Of a stretch of 64,000 nt of DNA, positions 9,093-18,731 are shown piece by piece. The DNA is from an uncultured bacterium (GTDB lineage: Bacteria; Krumholzibacteriota; Krumholzibacteriia; LZORAL124-64-63): the NCBI GenBank assembly GCA_963732385.1, contig CAVSZB010000002.1:32001-96000 (forward strand), read 5' to 3'. The notes beneath the pieces are model-generated. The model saw nothing but the letters and a program-made list of their open reading frames with translations, had not been told where the DNA came from and ran no database searches. Position numbers and translations under genes: made by a program. The stretch's first letter is position 1. Every line of letters begins with the position of its first letter.

Positions 9093-10960
9093 ATCGCTTC
9101 CTCGCAGCGGATCACCACGGGTGGCATGTTGCCCGCCGGATCGACACGGATGTTACGCCGGACATCGCGGTAGCCATCGCGCGTACCCACCACGACATAG
9201 GGTCCGGGCCGCAGCTCCAGGCTGCGGCTGCTGAAGGTGCCCAGATTACCCACCTTGTAGATCACGACAGTGGTCTGGTTGTCGGACTCGAATTGTACGG
9301 CCACCGGCTGTGCCGCCACGGCGAGTTGCGCCTTGAGCCTTTCGATCTGCCCGCGCAGCACCGGGCCGGGTGCCGGCACCGCAGCCGCCTCAGCCACGAG
9401 GCGCTGCGCGGGGCCGGCGATCGCATCGTCGTTGAAGCGCTCGGCACGCGCCAGCGCCTGCTCAAGCTGCTGATCGAGTTGTGCGCGGGCCTGTGCTGCG
9501 GCCAGGCCCTGCTGTACGCCCAGCACGTTCGCATCGATCGCCAGCACCGCCGCGTATCTGGCCACTGCTGCCGGCCACTGCTCGGCGGCGACCAGCTGCT
9601 GCGCTTCTGCCTGCAGTGTCGCAATGCTCGCGCGCCGCTCTTCGGCGTGCAGCTGGGCCAGCGCGTTCTGTACACCCGGATCCTGCGGACGCAGCGCAAC
9701 CGCGCGATCGATGGCCTGCCGGGCCTCGGCCAGTTGTCCGGCTGCGAGCGCGTTGAGGCCGCGCGACAGCGCCCGCTCGAATTCCTGCGCTGACTTGTCC
9801 GGCGGCGCTGGTTTTGGCGGGCTGGCAGCGATGCGCGGCGCGGGCGGCGGAGGCGGCGGTGGCAGCGCTTTCTCTGCGGGCGCGGCCGCTGCGGGTGGCG
9901 GTGATGGCTCCGGTGTTGCAGGCGGTGCGGGTGCCGCAGGTGTCGCGGCCACGGGCGGTGGCGGAAGAACCACCGGGCGTTCGCTGACCAGCTTCGGCAA
10001 CAGGAACAGCACAGCAGCCAGGCCCGCGAGCAGCAGGAGCGCGCCGGCATAGACCAGCCAGGCCGGCAAGCCGTCGCGGCGCTGACTGCGCAGCTTCTGC
10101 AGTACGGCTGGCGAGGCTTCGCTCAGTGCCGGGCTGTCGCCGCGCTTGCGCCGCGACCGACTGCCCTCGTCCTGCAGCAGCTCTTCGAGCACTGCCCGCA
10201 CCGCCGCCATGCCGACCGGCCGGCGTGCGGGCGACTTTTCCAGCAGCGCCGCCACGAGCTGGACCAGGGCCAGTGGCAGCGGCTGGCCCGCGCCATCGAC
10301 ACCGGGACGGGCCGGAATCTCGTTGCGGATCCGTTCCGGCGTGATGTCGGGGTGCAGTGGCGGCGCACCGGACAGCAGGTCGTACAGCAGCGCGCCCAAG
10401 GCGTAAACATCATCGCTGACCGTCGGTGAGGCACCGGCAAGCTGCTGCGGACTCACGTTCGACAGCGACACCGCACCACCGCTGCTGAATGCCGCCATCC
10501 GGAAATCGCAGAGTCGCCAGCGTCCGTCCGCATCGCCGAGCAGGTTGGCCACTTTCAGATCGCCATGCACCACACCCTGCGCATGCGCGTACTGCAGGGC
10601 CTCGACCACCTCGATCAGCGCGGCAACGATGCGCTGCCAGGCCGCACCGCGCAGCGCGGCGGACTCGGCACCGATCACCGCCTCCATCGAGATGCAGCAA
10701 CGCGCACCGTCGGCATGGACGCCATGGATACGCACGATGCCGGGATGCACGAGGCGCTGCAGGGGCTCGAGTTCGCCGCACAGGGTATCGGCAAGGCGAC
10801 TGGCGGCCGCCGGATCGGCAACGGTGATGATCTTCAGCGCGACGTCCACAGCCAGCGCCGTGTCGCTGGCCAGCCAGACCTCGGCGCTGCCGCCGCGACC
10901 GAGCAAACGGCGCAGACGAAAACGCTCCGCCAGCACCAGATCTGCTGCAAGCCCTGACAT
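9089..10960 (-). CDS. Membrane Ser/Thr protein kinase-like protein with Pro-rich linker and TPR-like/PEGA-like C-terminus
   Basis: LGRGGSAEVW, VALK, HGDLKVAN, DVYALG; TM WLVYAGALLLLAGLAAVLFLL; Pro-rich linker; helical repeats. Confidence 0.85.
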   Translation of the reverse strand: MSGLAADLVLAERFRLRRLLGRGGSAEVWLASDTALAVDVALKIITVADPAAASRLADTLCGELEPLQRLVHPGIVRIHGVHADGARCCISMEAVIGAESAALRGAAWQRIVAALIEVVEALQYAHAQGVVHGDLKVANLLGDADGRWRLCDFRMAAFSSGGAVSLSNVSPQQLAGASPTVSDDVYALGALLYDLLSGAPPLHPDITPERIRNEIPARPGVDGAGQPLPLALVQLVAALLEKSPARRPVGMAAVRAVLEELLQDEGSRSRRKRGDSPALSEASPAVLQKLRSQRRDGLPAWLVYAGALLLLAGLAAVLFLLPKLVSERPVVLPPPPVAATPAAPAPPATPEPSPPPAAAAPAEKALPPPPPPPAPRIAASPPKPAPPDKSAQEFERALSRGLNALAAGQLAEARQAIDRAVALRPQDPGVQNALAQLHAEERRASIATLQAEAQQLVAAEQWPAAVARYAAVLAIDANVLGVQQGLAAAQARAQLDQQLEQALARAERFNDDAIAGPAQRLVAEAAAVPAPGPVLRGQIERLKAQLAVAAQPVAVQFESDNQTTVVIYKVGNLGTFSSRSLELRPGPYVVVGTRDGYRDVRRNIRVDPAGNMPPVVIRCEEAI

Positions 10961-10972
10961 GTGGCGCGGGAG

Positions 10973-12208
10973 CTATCCGGCCGGCGGACTGATGACCGCG
11001 GCCTCGGCGGAATCGATACCGGGCGTGCCAGTTTCAGCGGAATAGATCTCGCGGAGCAGCCGGCGCCACTCCTGGTAGCGCTCTTCGGCTGTACCGGTCA
11101 GGCGCCGCGTCTGGCCCTCGATTTCCACCACCAGCGGTTCTGCCTCGGCATTGAAGGAGCCGCCGAGTTCCTTCAAGGACTCGCGACTGATGTTGGCCTC
11201 GGTGTTCTTGCCCAGACCGCTCTTGATGCCTTCGATGCCGCCCATCACGCCGGTCATGGTGATCGCACTGTTGTCGCCGCCAGCACCCTCGTAGAGGATC
11301 GCGGCGAGAATCGCCAACGCACCAGCTGCGCCGCGCACGTAAGCCGAGCGTTTCAGATCCTGGTAGCGGATCACTTCTTCGCGTGACATCTTGCGCCAGT
11401 CTTCATAGGGCTTGTTGATCTCGTAATAGAGATTGGCGTAGTACTCGTTCAGCGTATCGACGAGTGCATATTCGCGCTCGCGTACCGCCTGCATGCGACT
11501 GACCATCGGATCGTCTTCAGCTGGCAGCCGCCGCAATTTGTAGATGCCTGCGCGGTCCTGTTCCAGCAGCCCGGCGAAGGCTTCGGGCACCAGCTGTGCA
11601 CCGTAGCGGAGTTCGGCGACGTTGCGCAGCGTGCGCAACTCGGCGGCCGACAGCTTGCGGCGGGCCGCGAGCAGATCATTGGCGATCTGGTTGTAGAGCA
11701 CCTGGTAGGGATCCTGCCCGGGCTCGCGGTACTGCGAATAGGCCTTCTCCGGTATCCGCACCGTATAGCCCTTGTTCAGCCATTCGCGCCCGGTCGCGTC
11801 CCAGGCACCGATGTGCACGCCGACATCCAGTCCATTGGACAGGTCGATACGGCCGGTAACGGTCAGGTCCACCGCATCCGAGCGCTGCGGCACCACCCAC
11901 ACCGAACCCCAGTAGCCGCTGGACTCGAGCGTGGTCTTCAGTTGATAGGGCATGTAGCGCGCCTCGGCCTGACGCACTTCCGGGAAGATCAGCTTCTTCT
12001 CGTCAGCCAGGCTGTCGGCACTGGTACCCGGATCAAAGAGGATGATGCCCACGTCCAGACGTTCGATATCCGGCACCTCGGCCGCTGCACGGACCAGTTC
12101 CGCCTGCGGATAATCGATGGTGCGGGCGGTCGAACAGCCGCCAAGCAGCCAGGACAGGAGGACGAGCGCCGCAAGCAAAGCCGGCGATGTACGCAGCCCG
12201 CTACTCAT
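10973..12208 (-). CDS. Hypothetical lipoprotein
   Basis: Signal peptide with lipobox LLGGC; 411 aa; start overlaps the upstream stop (ATGA). Confidence 0.8.
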   Translation of the reverse strand: MSSGLRTSPALLAALVLLSWLLGGCSTARTIDYPQAELVRAAAEVPDIERLDVGIILFDPGTSADSLADEKKLIFPEVRQAEARYMPYQLKTTLESSGYWGSVWVVPQRSDAVDLTVTGRIDLSNGLDVGVHIGAWDATGREWLNKGYTVRIPEKAYSQYREPGQDPYQVLYNQIANDLLAARRKLSAAELRTLRNVAELRYGAQLVPEAFAGLLEQDRAGIYKLRRLPAEDDPMVSRMQAVREREYALVDTLNEYYANLYYEINKPYEDWRKMSREEVIRYQDLKRSAYVRGAAGALAILAAILYEGAGGDNSAITMTGVMGGIEGIKSGLGKNTEANISRESLKELGGSFNAEAEPLVVEIEGQTRRLTGTAEERYQEWRRLLREIYSAETGTPGIDSAEAAVISPPAG

Positions 12209-13092
12209 TTCGTTTTCATTCCCATCTGCTTGCGGTATTCGTTCCAGAGCGCATCGCGGATCTTTGGATCGGTTTCGGCTTCGGCCGCCGCGCGAATCTG
12301 CTTGGCGACCTGGTCTTCGGCTGAACCATCGACGGGAATGTCGTCGGGAATCTTTGCCACCTTGCCGGCCTCGGCCGACGGCGACTCGGCACCGCCGCCG
12401 GTACCCTGGTTCTTGCCGGCACCCGCCTCGCTGCCTTCCTCGGCACCAGCTGGTGTGCTGCCCGGGACACCGCCCTCCATGCCTTCACCATCAGCGCCAC
12501 CGCTGCTGGCACCCCGGCCCTGGACCGACGGTAGCTCTGCAGCGCTGCCCGGGCCATCCATACCCGTCCCGCGACTGGCCGACTTCACCGCGGAGGAATC
12601 GCCCGACTCGCGGCCCTCGGCGGCGCGGCCCGAGCCGGTGCCGGCCTTGGCCATTGCGGCACGTTCGCCGCCGATTTCGCCGTCAAAGTCGCCCAGTGAT
12701 TTCTCGAAGGCGATTTCAGCATCGCTGGTGCCTGACCCGGCACCGCTGCCGGCAGTCTTGTTGCTGCCGGTGCTGCCCGGCGTACCGGCCTGTGTACCTG
12801 CCTGTGTACCGGCCTGTGTACCTGCTTCTGAGCCTGCTTCTGAGCCCGACTCCGAGCCTTCTGCCTGTGCACCCGACTGTGAGCCAGCCGATGAACCTGC
12901 CTGCGAGCCGGATTGCGAGCCAGCCTGGGTACCAGCACCTGCACTCGATCCGGATTGGGATCCAGACTGCGAACCAGATTGCGATCCCGACGAGCTCTGT
13001 GTACTCCCGCTGTTGCCAGGCGGCGGCTGAACAGGCGGACTGCTGCAGGCAGCGAGCGCCAGTGCTGCAACAAGGACAGGCATCCGTGACAT
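12205..13092 (-). CDS. Hypothetical lipoprotein with long Ser/Gly/Gln low-complexity linker and C-terminal helical motif
   Basis: ATG 13092 after GGGGAG; lipobox ALAAC; GSQS/GTQA/GSEA repeats; C-terminus EDQVAKQIRAAAEAETDPKIRDALWNEYRK. Confidence 0.75.
   Translation of the reverse strand: MSRMPVLVAALALAACSSPPVQPPPGNSGSTQSSSGSQSGSQSGSQSGSSAGAGTQAGSQSGSQAGSSAGSQSGAQAEGSESGSEAGSEAGTQAGTQAGTQAGTPGSTGSNKTAGSGAGSGTSDAEIAFEKSLGDFDGEIGGERAAMAKAGTGSGRAAEGRESGDSSAVKSASRGTGMDGPGSAAELPSVQGRGASSGGADGEGMEGGVPGSTPAGAEEGSEAGAGKNQGTGGGAESPSAEAGKVAKIPDDIPVDGSAEDQVAKQIRAAAEAETDPKIRDALWNEYRKQMGMKTK
12780..12990 (-). repeat. Degenerate 12-bp coding tandem repeat (tetrapeptides GSQS, GSEA, GTQA)
   Basis: For example (cc)tgtgtacc(tg/gg) occurs three times and (c)tgagcc units recur on the plus strand; bounds approximate. 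Confidence 0.75.
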
Positions 13093-13264
13093 GGGCGACT
13101 CCCGGGGCGCGGGGTTTACAGGACTGAAGCTGAAGCCGGAACGATTATAGCCTGCCACTCCGGCACCACGGTTCCGCTGCCAGGGAGCACAGCCCCGCAA
13201 CGTCTGCTAGCATCTTTGCACTGCGTCAGTTGCCACGCCCCACCTGAACACGGAGTTAACGGAC

Positions 13265-13732
13265 ATGTCCCTCAACCAGGCACTCGCCGAGCTGCAGTCG
13301 AAAATCGGCCAGGAAATCCATACCAGCGACTGGCTCACCGTCGACCAGGCGATGATCGATGCCTTTGCCGGCGCGACCCGGGATAAACAGTGGATCCACA
13401 CCGATCCGGCGCGCGCCGCCACCGAGTCACCTTATGGCAAGACCATCGCACACGGCTACCTGACGTTGTCGCTCTATCCGCTGCTTCGCGGTCTCGTCGA
13501 TGAGGGCAAACCGCTCGCGCCGGGCGTGCAACGGGTGATCAATTACGGCATCAACAAGCTGCGTTTCCCCAACGCCGTGGTGGTTGGCAGCCGGATCCGC
13601 GCCCACTGCAAGCTGGTGTCGGTCGCAGAGGTCAAGGGCAGCCTGGAGCTCGTCGAGGAATATGCCGTCGAGATCGAGGGCCAGGACCGGCCGGCCTGCA
13701 TCGCCGAATGCGTGATGCGACTGTTCTTCTGA
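13265..13732 (+). CDS. MaoC family dehydratase
   Basis: FAGATRDKQWIHTDP, TIAHGYLTLSL, NYGINKLRFP. Confidence 0.92.
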   Translation: MSLNQALAELQSKIGQEIHTSDWLTVDQAMIDAFAGATRDKQWIHTDPARAATESPYGKTIAHGYLTLSLYPLLRGLVDEGKPLAPGVQRVINYGINKLRFPNAVVVGSRIRAHCKLVSVAEVKGSLELVEEYAVEIEGQDRPACIAECVMRLFF

Positions 13733-14512
13733 GTGCAGCCGGTGGCGGACGACATCCTGCTCACTGAACGCCGCGGCGACACGCTGCGCGTCATCATCAA
13801 CCGGCCCGACAAGCGCAATGCCCTGTCGCTGGAACTGCTGGACCTGATCGGCAGCGCCTTCGCGCAAAACGCTGCAGATGCGGCGCTGAAGTGCGCGGTG
13901 CTGACCGCCAGCGGTGATCGCTGCTTTGCTGCCGGCGGCGATCTGCGCGAACTCGAAGCGGTGCGCAGCGAGGCCGACACCCTGGCCATGTCGCGCCGCG
14001 CCCGCGCCGCGCTGGAACAGATACGCCAGTTTCCGGTACCGGTCATCGCCGCGCTCAACGGACATGCGCTGGGCGGCGGTGCCGAACTGGCGATGGCCTG
14101 CGACATGCGCATCGCCACGACGCACACCGAACTCGGATTTCTGCAGGCGCAGCTCAATGTCACCACCGCCTGGGGCGGGGGCATCGATCTGCTGGCCGCA
14201 CTCGGATCGGCGCGCGGACTGCAGATACTGCTGGAAGCGCGACGGATTCCGGCTGTCGAGGCTTTGCAGCTCGGACTGCTGCAGCGGGTCTGCGCTGCCG
14301 ATGAAACGCTGGCCGACTGCAGCGCTGCTTTCATTGCACCATTCGTGGAACGGCCCGCACAGGTCCTGCGTGCTTTCAAGGCGCTTGCCCTCGGGAACAG
14401 GCGCGCCCTGCACGAGCGGTTGGCGAGTCAGGAAGAACGCGGCTTCACCACCACCTGGATCCATGCCGACCACTGGACCGCCGCCGCGCGCGCCCTGGCA
14501 CCGCGGCCGTAG
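13733..14512 (+). CDS. Enoyl-CoA hydratase/isomerase family protein
   Basis: NRPDKRNAL, FAAGGDL, ALGGGAELAMACD. Confidence 0.9.
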   Translation: MQPVADDILLTERRGDTLRVIINRPDKRNALSLELLDLIGSAFAQNAADAALKCAVLTASGDRCFAAGGDLRELEAVRSEADTLAMSRRARAALEQIRQFPVPVIAALNGHALGGGAELAMACDMRIATTHTELGFLQAQLNVTTAWGGGIDLLAALGSARGLQILLEARRIPAVEALQLGLLQRVCAADETLADCSAAFIAPFVERPAQVLRAFKALALGNRRALHERLASQEERGFTTTWIHADHWTAAARALAPRP

Positions 14513-14622
14513 GAGCGGCCGTAGGAGCGCCTTCAGGCGCGATACACGCCTGGAATCGCGGCTGAAGCCGCTCCCACAGAAGCCGCTCCCACAGAAGCCG
14601 CTCCCACAGAAGCCGCTCCTAC
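14509..14622. repeat. GTAG-type REP cluster with 15-bp tandem expansion
   Basis: GTAGGAGCGCCTTCAGGCGCGAT (14521-14543) inverted to ATCGCGGCTGAAGCCGCTCCCAC; GAAGCCGCTCCCACA x3 plus GAAGCCGCTCCTAC (14564-14622). Confidence 0.9.
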
Positions 14623-16286
14623 GCAGAACGCAGTTCGCGGCGCAGGATCTTGCCGACGTTCGACTTCGGCAACGACGGTCGAAACTCGACGTGGCGCGGG
14701 ATCTTGTAGGGTGCGAGGCGCTCGCGCAGGAACTCACGCACTTCATCACGGTCCAGACGGGCGCCCGGCCGGAGAACGACAAACAGCTTCACCGCCTCGC
14801 CGGTGCGCTCGTCGGGAACACCGATGCAGGCTGCTTCCAGCACCGCCGGGTGATGGGTGATCTCGCCCTCGACTTCGTTGGGATAGACCTTGAGGCCCGC
14901 CACATCGATCATGTCTTTCTTGCGATCGACGATGTAGAAATAACCGCGCGCATCCATCTTCGCGATATCGCCGGTGCGGAAGAAACCGTCGCTGGTCATG
15001 GCCGATGCCGTCGCTTCCGGATCGTTCCAGTAACCGCGCATGAGCTGCGGACCCTGCATGCAGAGCTCGCCGGGTTCGCCGGCCGCAACCACCGCACCGT
15101 CATCATCGCGCAGACTGACCCGTGTACCGGGCAGCGGCAGGCCGATGCTGCCGTTGAACTCATGCTGCCGCGACGGATTGGAGCAGACCACCGGCGAAGT
15201 TTCCGACAGTCCATAACCTTCGTGGATGGTCGTGCCGGTGAGTTCGCGCCAGCATTTCGCCGTCGCCGGCATCACCGCCATGCCGCCGGCCGACACCAGC
15301 CGCACGGGCGAGAAATCCACGCTGGCAAAGTCCGGTTGCTGCAGCAAGGCCTGGTAGAGCGTATTCACCCCGGAAATCGCGGTGAATTTCCAGCGCCGCA
15401 GTTCGGCGATGAAGCGCTTCATGTCGCGCGGATCGGTGATCAGCACGTCGTGGCCGCCGATCTCCAGATAGGCGAGGCAGTTACAGGTGAGCGCATAGAC
15501 GTGATAGAGCGGCAGCGGCGTGATGACGATCTCCTCGCCCGGCACGTTCAGGTCGGCAAACCAGCTGTTGATCTGGCGCACGTTGGCCAGCAGGTTGCCG
15601 TGCGTGAGCATCGCACCGCGCGAGCGGCCAGTCGTGCCACCGGTGTACTGCAGGCAGGCCAGGTCATTACCAGCCAGCGCCGCCGGCGGGCGATGATCCG
15701 CCGGATTCCGCGCCATCACATCCGACCAGGCAGCTGCACCCGGTACGGAAGCGCCACCCATGCGCCGCAGATAACGCACCGCGAAGTTGATCAACGGACC
15801 ACGCAACGCGCCCAGCAGGTCACCGATGCCGGTAACCAGCACATGCTGTACCGGCGTACGCGCCGCGATTTCATTGTAGACAGCAGCACGCTGCCTCAGC
15901 ACCACCAGCACCCGGGCGCCGCTGTTGTTCAGCTGGTGCTCGAGCTCGTTGGCCGTATACAGCGGATTGACGTTGACGACGACCAGGCCCGCACGCCAGA
16001 CGCCGAACAGCGCCACCGGATACTGCAGCACATTCGGCAGCATGATGGCGACGCGCTCGCCGGGGACCACCCCCGGCAGGCTTTGCAGCCAGGCCGCAAA
16101 ACGGCGGGTCAGTGCATCGAACTCCGCATAGCCGAGCGTACGACCCATATTGCTGAACGCCGGCTTCTGCGCATGCCGGCTGCAGGCCCGATCGAGCATG
16201 CCCACGAGGGAATCGCGGGGGTCGAGATCGATTTCGGCCGGCACACCCGGCGGATACTCCTTCAGCCAGACCCTGTCCTCCGCCAT
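14619..16286 (-). CDS. fadD: Long-chain fatty acid-CoA ligase
   Basis: WLKEYPPGVP, LQYTGGTTGRSRG, EGYGLSETSP, FRTGD, PKSNVGKILRR. Confidence 0.88.
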   Translation of the reverse strand: MAEDRVWLKEYPPGVPAEIDLDPRDSLVGMLDRACSRHAQKPAFSNMGRTLGYAEFDALTRRFAAWLQSLPGVVPGERVAIMLPNVLQYPVALFGVWRAGLVVVNVNPLYTANELEHQLNNSGARVLVVLRQRAAVYNEIAARTPVQHVLVTGIGDLLGALRGPLINFAVRYLRRMGGASVPGAAAWSDVMARNPADHRPPAALAGNDLACLQYTGGTTGRSRGAMLTHGNLLANVRQINSWFADLNVPGEEIVITPLPLYHVYALTCNCLAYLEIGGHDVLITDPRDMKRFIAELRRWKFTAISGVNTLYQALLQQPDFASVDFSPVRLVSAGGMAVMPATAKCWRELTGTTIHEGYGLSETSPVVCSNPSRQHEFNGSIGLPLPGTRVSLRDDDGAVVAAGEPGELCMQGPQLMRGYWNDPEATASAMTSDGFFRTGDIAKMDARGYFYIVDRKKDMIDVAGLKVYPNEVEGEITHHPAVLEAACIGVPDERTGEAVKLFVVLRPGARLDRDEVREFLRERLAPYKIPRHVEFRPSLPKSNVGKILRRELRSA

Positions 16287-16475
16287 GCTGCCACCTGCCG
16301 CGAAAAATCCCGGGTCATGGTACCGCCCTCACCGGCTGCAGTGAAATGCAGCATGCCCGCCGGGACAGGCCCGAAACGTGGCGGTGCGCGGCCATTCCTG
16401 ATACGGTTGCCGCGCGCCACCAGCGGCAGCTGAAGCCCTGCGCAGCGCCTGTACACAGCCACCAAAGGGCGCCCC

Positions 16476-18731
16476 GTGACCCGATCCCGCATCCCGCATT
16501 TCTACAAGATGAGCGTCGCCGAACGCGTGCGCGCCGTACACGAGCGCGGCCTGCTCGACGATGCCGATTTCGACCGCCTGTCCAGCGGTCAGACAACTCT
16601 CGACCTGCAGGCTGCCGACAAGATGATCGAGAACGTCATCGGCGTACTCGGCATCCCCATCGGACTCGGCCTGAATTTCCTGATCAACGGCAAGGACTAC
16701 GTCGTGCCGATGGCGGTCGAAGAACCTTCGATCGTTGCCGCCATCAGCGCAACCGCCAAACTGGCCCGCGAATCCGGCGGCTTTGCCACCAGCTCCACCC
16801 CGCCGGTCCTGATCGGCCAGATCCAGGTACTCGATGTGCCTGACATGCCCGCAGCCCACGCTGCCCTCCTCGAACGCAAGCAGGAAATCCTCGACCTGGC
16901 CAACAGCCTCCATCCGCGCATGGTGGCGCGCGGCGGCGGTGCGGTGGACATGGAGGTGCGCTCCTACCCGCTGCGCTCGCTGCCCGGCGAGATGCTGGTG
17001 GTGCACCTGCTCGTGGATACGCGCGACGCGATGGGTGCCAACCTCGTCAACGGCATGTGTGAAGGCGTGGCCCCGCTGATCGAGCAGATCACCGAAGGCA
17101 CGGTCTTCCTGCGCATCCTGTCGAATCTCGCCGACCGCGCGCTCGCGCGCGCCGAGGTCGTGCTGCCGGTGGCCCAACTGGCCGGCAAGGGCTATGCCGG
17201 CGAACGGGTGCGCGACGGCATCATCATCGCGGCAGACTTTGCCCACGCCGATCCCTACCGGGCGGCGACGCACAACAAGGGTGTCATGAATGGCGTCGAT
17301 GCCGTGGCCCTGGCCACCGGCAACGACTGGCGCGCCATCGAGGCCGGCGCACATGCCTATGCAGCCCGGCATGGCCACTATGGTTCGCTCACGGAGTGGT
17401 GGCAGGACGACGCCGGCAACCTGTGCGGGCGCATCGAGATGCCCATGAAGGTCGGCATCGTCGGCGGCCCGCTGGAATCAAATCCCGGTGTCGCGATGAA
17501 CCTGCGTCTGCTCGGCGCCGAAACCGCCACCGAACTCGCCGAGGTGATGGCGGCCGTGGGCCTGGCCCAGAATTTCGCCGCGCTGCGGGCGCTGGCCACC
17601 GACGGCATCCAGACCGGCCACATGACGCTGCACGCACGCAGCGTGGTGAAGGCCGCGGGGACGCCACCCGAACTATTCAACGAAGTGCTGGAACGCGTGC
17701 TCCAGAGCGGCGAGATCAAGGTATGGAAAGCCGAGCAGATCCTCGCCGAGATCCGGCAGCCGCGACCCGCCGCGGCGATTGCCGGACGGCGTGACGCGGA
17801 AACCGGCGTCGGCATCGGTCATGGCAAGGTCATCCTGCTCGGCGAGCATGCCGTGGTGCATGGCCGCCACGCCATCGCGCTGCCGGTGCCGCTGACGATC
17901 CGTGCGGTCGTCGAGGATGGCGAGCGCGGCGTCGAGCTGCTGATCCCGCGCTGGGGCGTCGAATACCAGCTGGCCAAACCCGCTGATCAGCGCCGCTCCT
18001 TCGAACGCGCCGCCGGTGCGATTCTCGACAAGCTGGGTCTCGCCAACCGCAAGCTGCGCATCGAGGTATCACCCGATGTGCCGCGCGGCATGGGTCTCGG
18101 CGGCTCGGCCGCACTGGCAGTGGCCATCGTCCGTGCCCTGGACCTGCACTTCCGGCTGGGGCTGAGCGACACCGAGGTCAACGAGCTGGCATATCTGTCC
18201 GAGCAGATCGCCCATGGTCAGCCCAGCGGCATCGACAACACGATGGCCACCTACGGCACTCCGCTGGTCTACCGCCGCGGCTCGCCACCGCTGATCGAGA
18301 CACTCAACATCCCGGCGCCGCTCACCCTGGTCGTCGGCATGACGCACAACGAGGGGCTCACCGCCCGTACCGTGGCCAACGTCGCCGAAGCACGGCAACG
18401 CAACCCGCGACTCTATGAAAAGATCTTCGATGACATCGACGCGCTGGTACTGCAGGCTGTGTCGGCAATCCAGGACAACGACATCGCCACCCTCGGTGAC
18501 CTCATGAACATCAACCAGGGCCTGCTGAATGCACTGCAGGTTTCAAGCCCCGAACTCGAGCGCCTGATCGGCGTGGCGCGCAACGCCGGCGCCGCCGGCG
18601 CCAAGCTGACCGGTGGTGGTGGCGGCGGCGCCATGATCGCACTGTGCGCCGACAACAGCAGCGACATCCAGGCCGCCATCGAGCGCCAGGGATTCCGCAC
18701 CCTGGTCGTCAAGGCAGGCAACAGATCATGA
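16476..18731 (+). CDS. Class II HMG-CoA reductase fused to mevalonate kinase
   Basis: HMGR motifs ENVIG, VEEPSIVAA, DAMGAN, ATHNKG, GHMTLH; GHMP kinase motifs GKVILLGEHAVVHG, PRGMGLGGSAA, PSGID, KLTGGGGGG in one ORF. Confidence 0.92.
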   Translation: MTRSRIPHFYKMSVAERVRAVHERGLLDDADFDRLSSGQTTLDLQAADKMIENVIGVLGIPIGLGLNFLINGKDYVVPMAVEEPSIVAAISATAKLARESGGFATSSTPPVLIGQIQVLDVPDMPAAHAALLERKQEILDLANSLHPRMVARGGGAVDMEVRSYPLRSLPGEMLVVHLLVDTRDAMGANLVNGMCEGVAPLIEQITEGTVFLRILSNLADRALARAEVVLPVAQLAGKGYAGERVRDGIIIAADFAHADPYRAATHNKGVMNGVDAVALATGNDWRAIEAGAHAYAARHGHYGSLTEWWQDDAGNLCGRIEMPMKVGIVGGPLESNPGVAMNLRLLGAETATELAEVMAAVGLAQNFAALRALATDGIQTGHMTLHARSVVKAAGTPPELFNEVLERVLQSGEIKVWKAEQILAEIRQPRPAAAIAGRRDAETGVGIGHGKVILLGEHAVVHGRHAIALPVPLTIRAVVEDGERGVELLIPRWGVEYQLAKPADQRRSFERAAGAILDKLGLANRKLRIEVSPDVPRGMGLGGSAALAVAIVRALDLHFRLGLSDTEVNELAYLSEQIAHGQPSGIDNTMATYGTPLVYRRGSPPLIETLNIPAPLTLVVGMTHNEGLTARTVANVAEARQRNPRLYEKIFDDIDALVLQAVSAIQDNDIATLGDLMNINQGLLNALQVSSPELERLIGVARNAGAAGAKLTGGGGGGAMIALCADNSSDIQAAIERQGFRTLVVKAGNRS

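Noticed and set aside
2062..13092. Type VI secretion or canonical Tol-Pal/TonB locus
   Set aside because: Kinase, FHA, FGE and ExbB-like parts are present, but no tssB/C, hcp, vgrG, clpV, tolB, pal or tonB.
14564..14622. Possible CRISPR or mini-array
   Set aside because: The 15-bp units abut with no spacers, derive from the REP arm, and no cas genes are present.
13914..16433. 839-aa plus-strand ORF
   Set aside because: Shadow of the enoyl-CoA hydratase (other frame) and fadD (antisense); no motifs; such ORFs are common at high GC.
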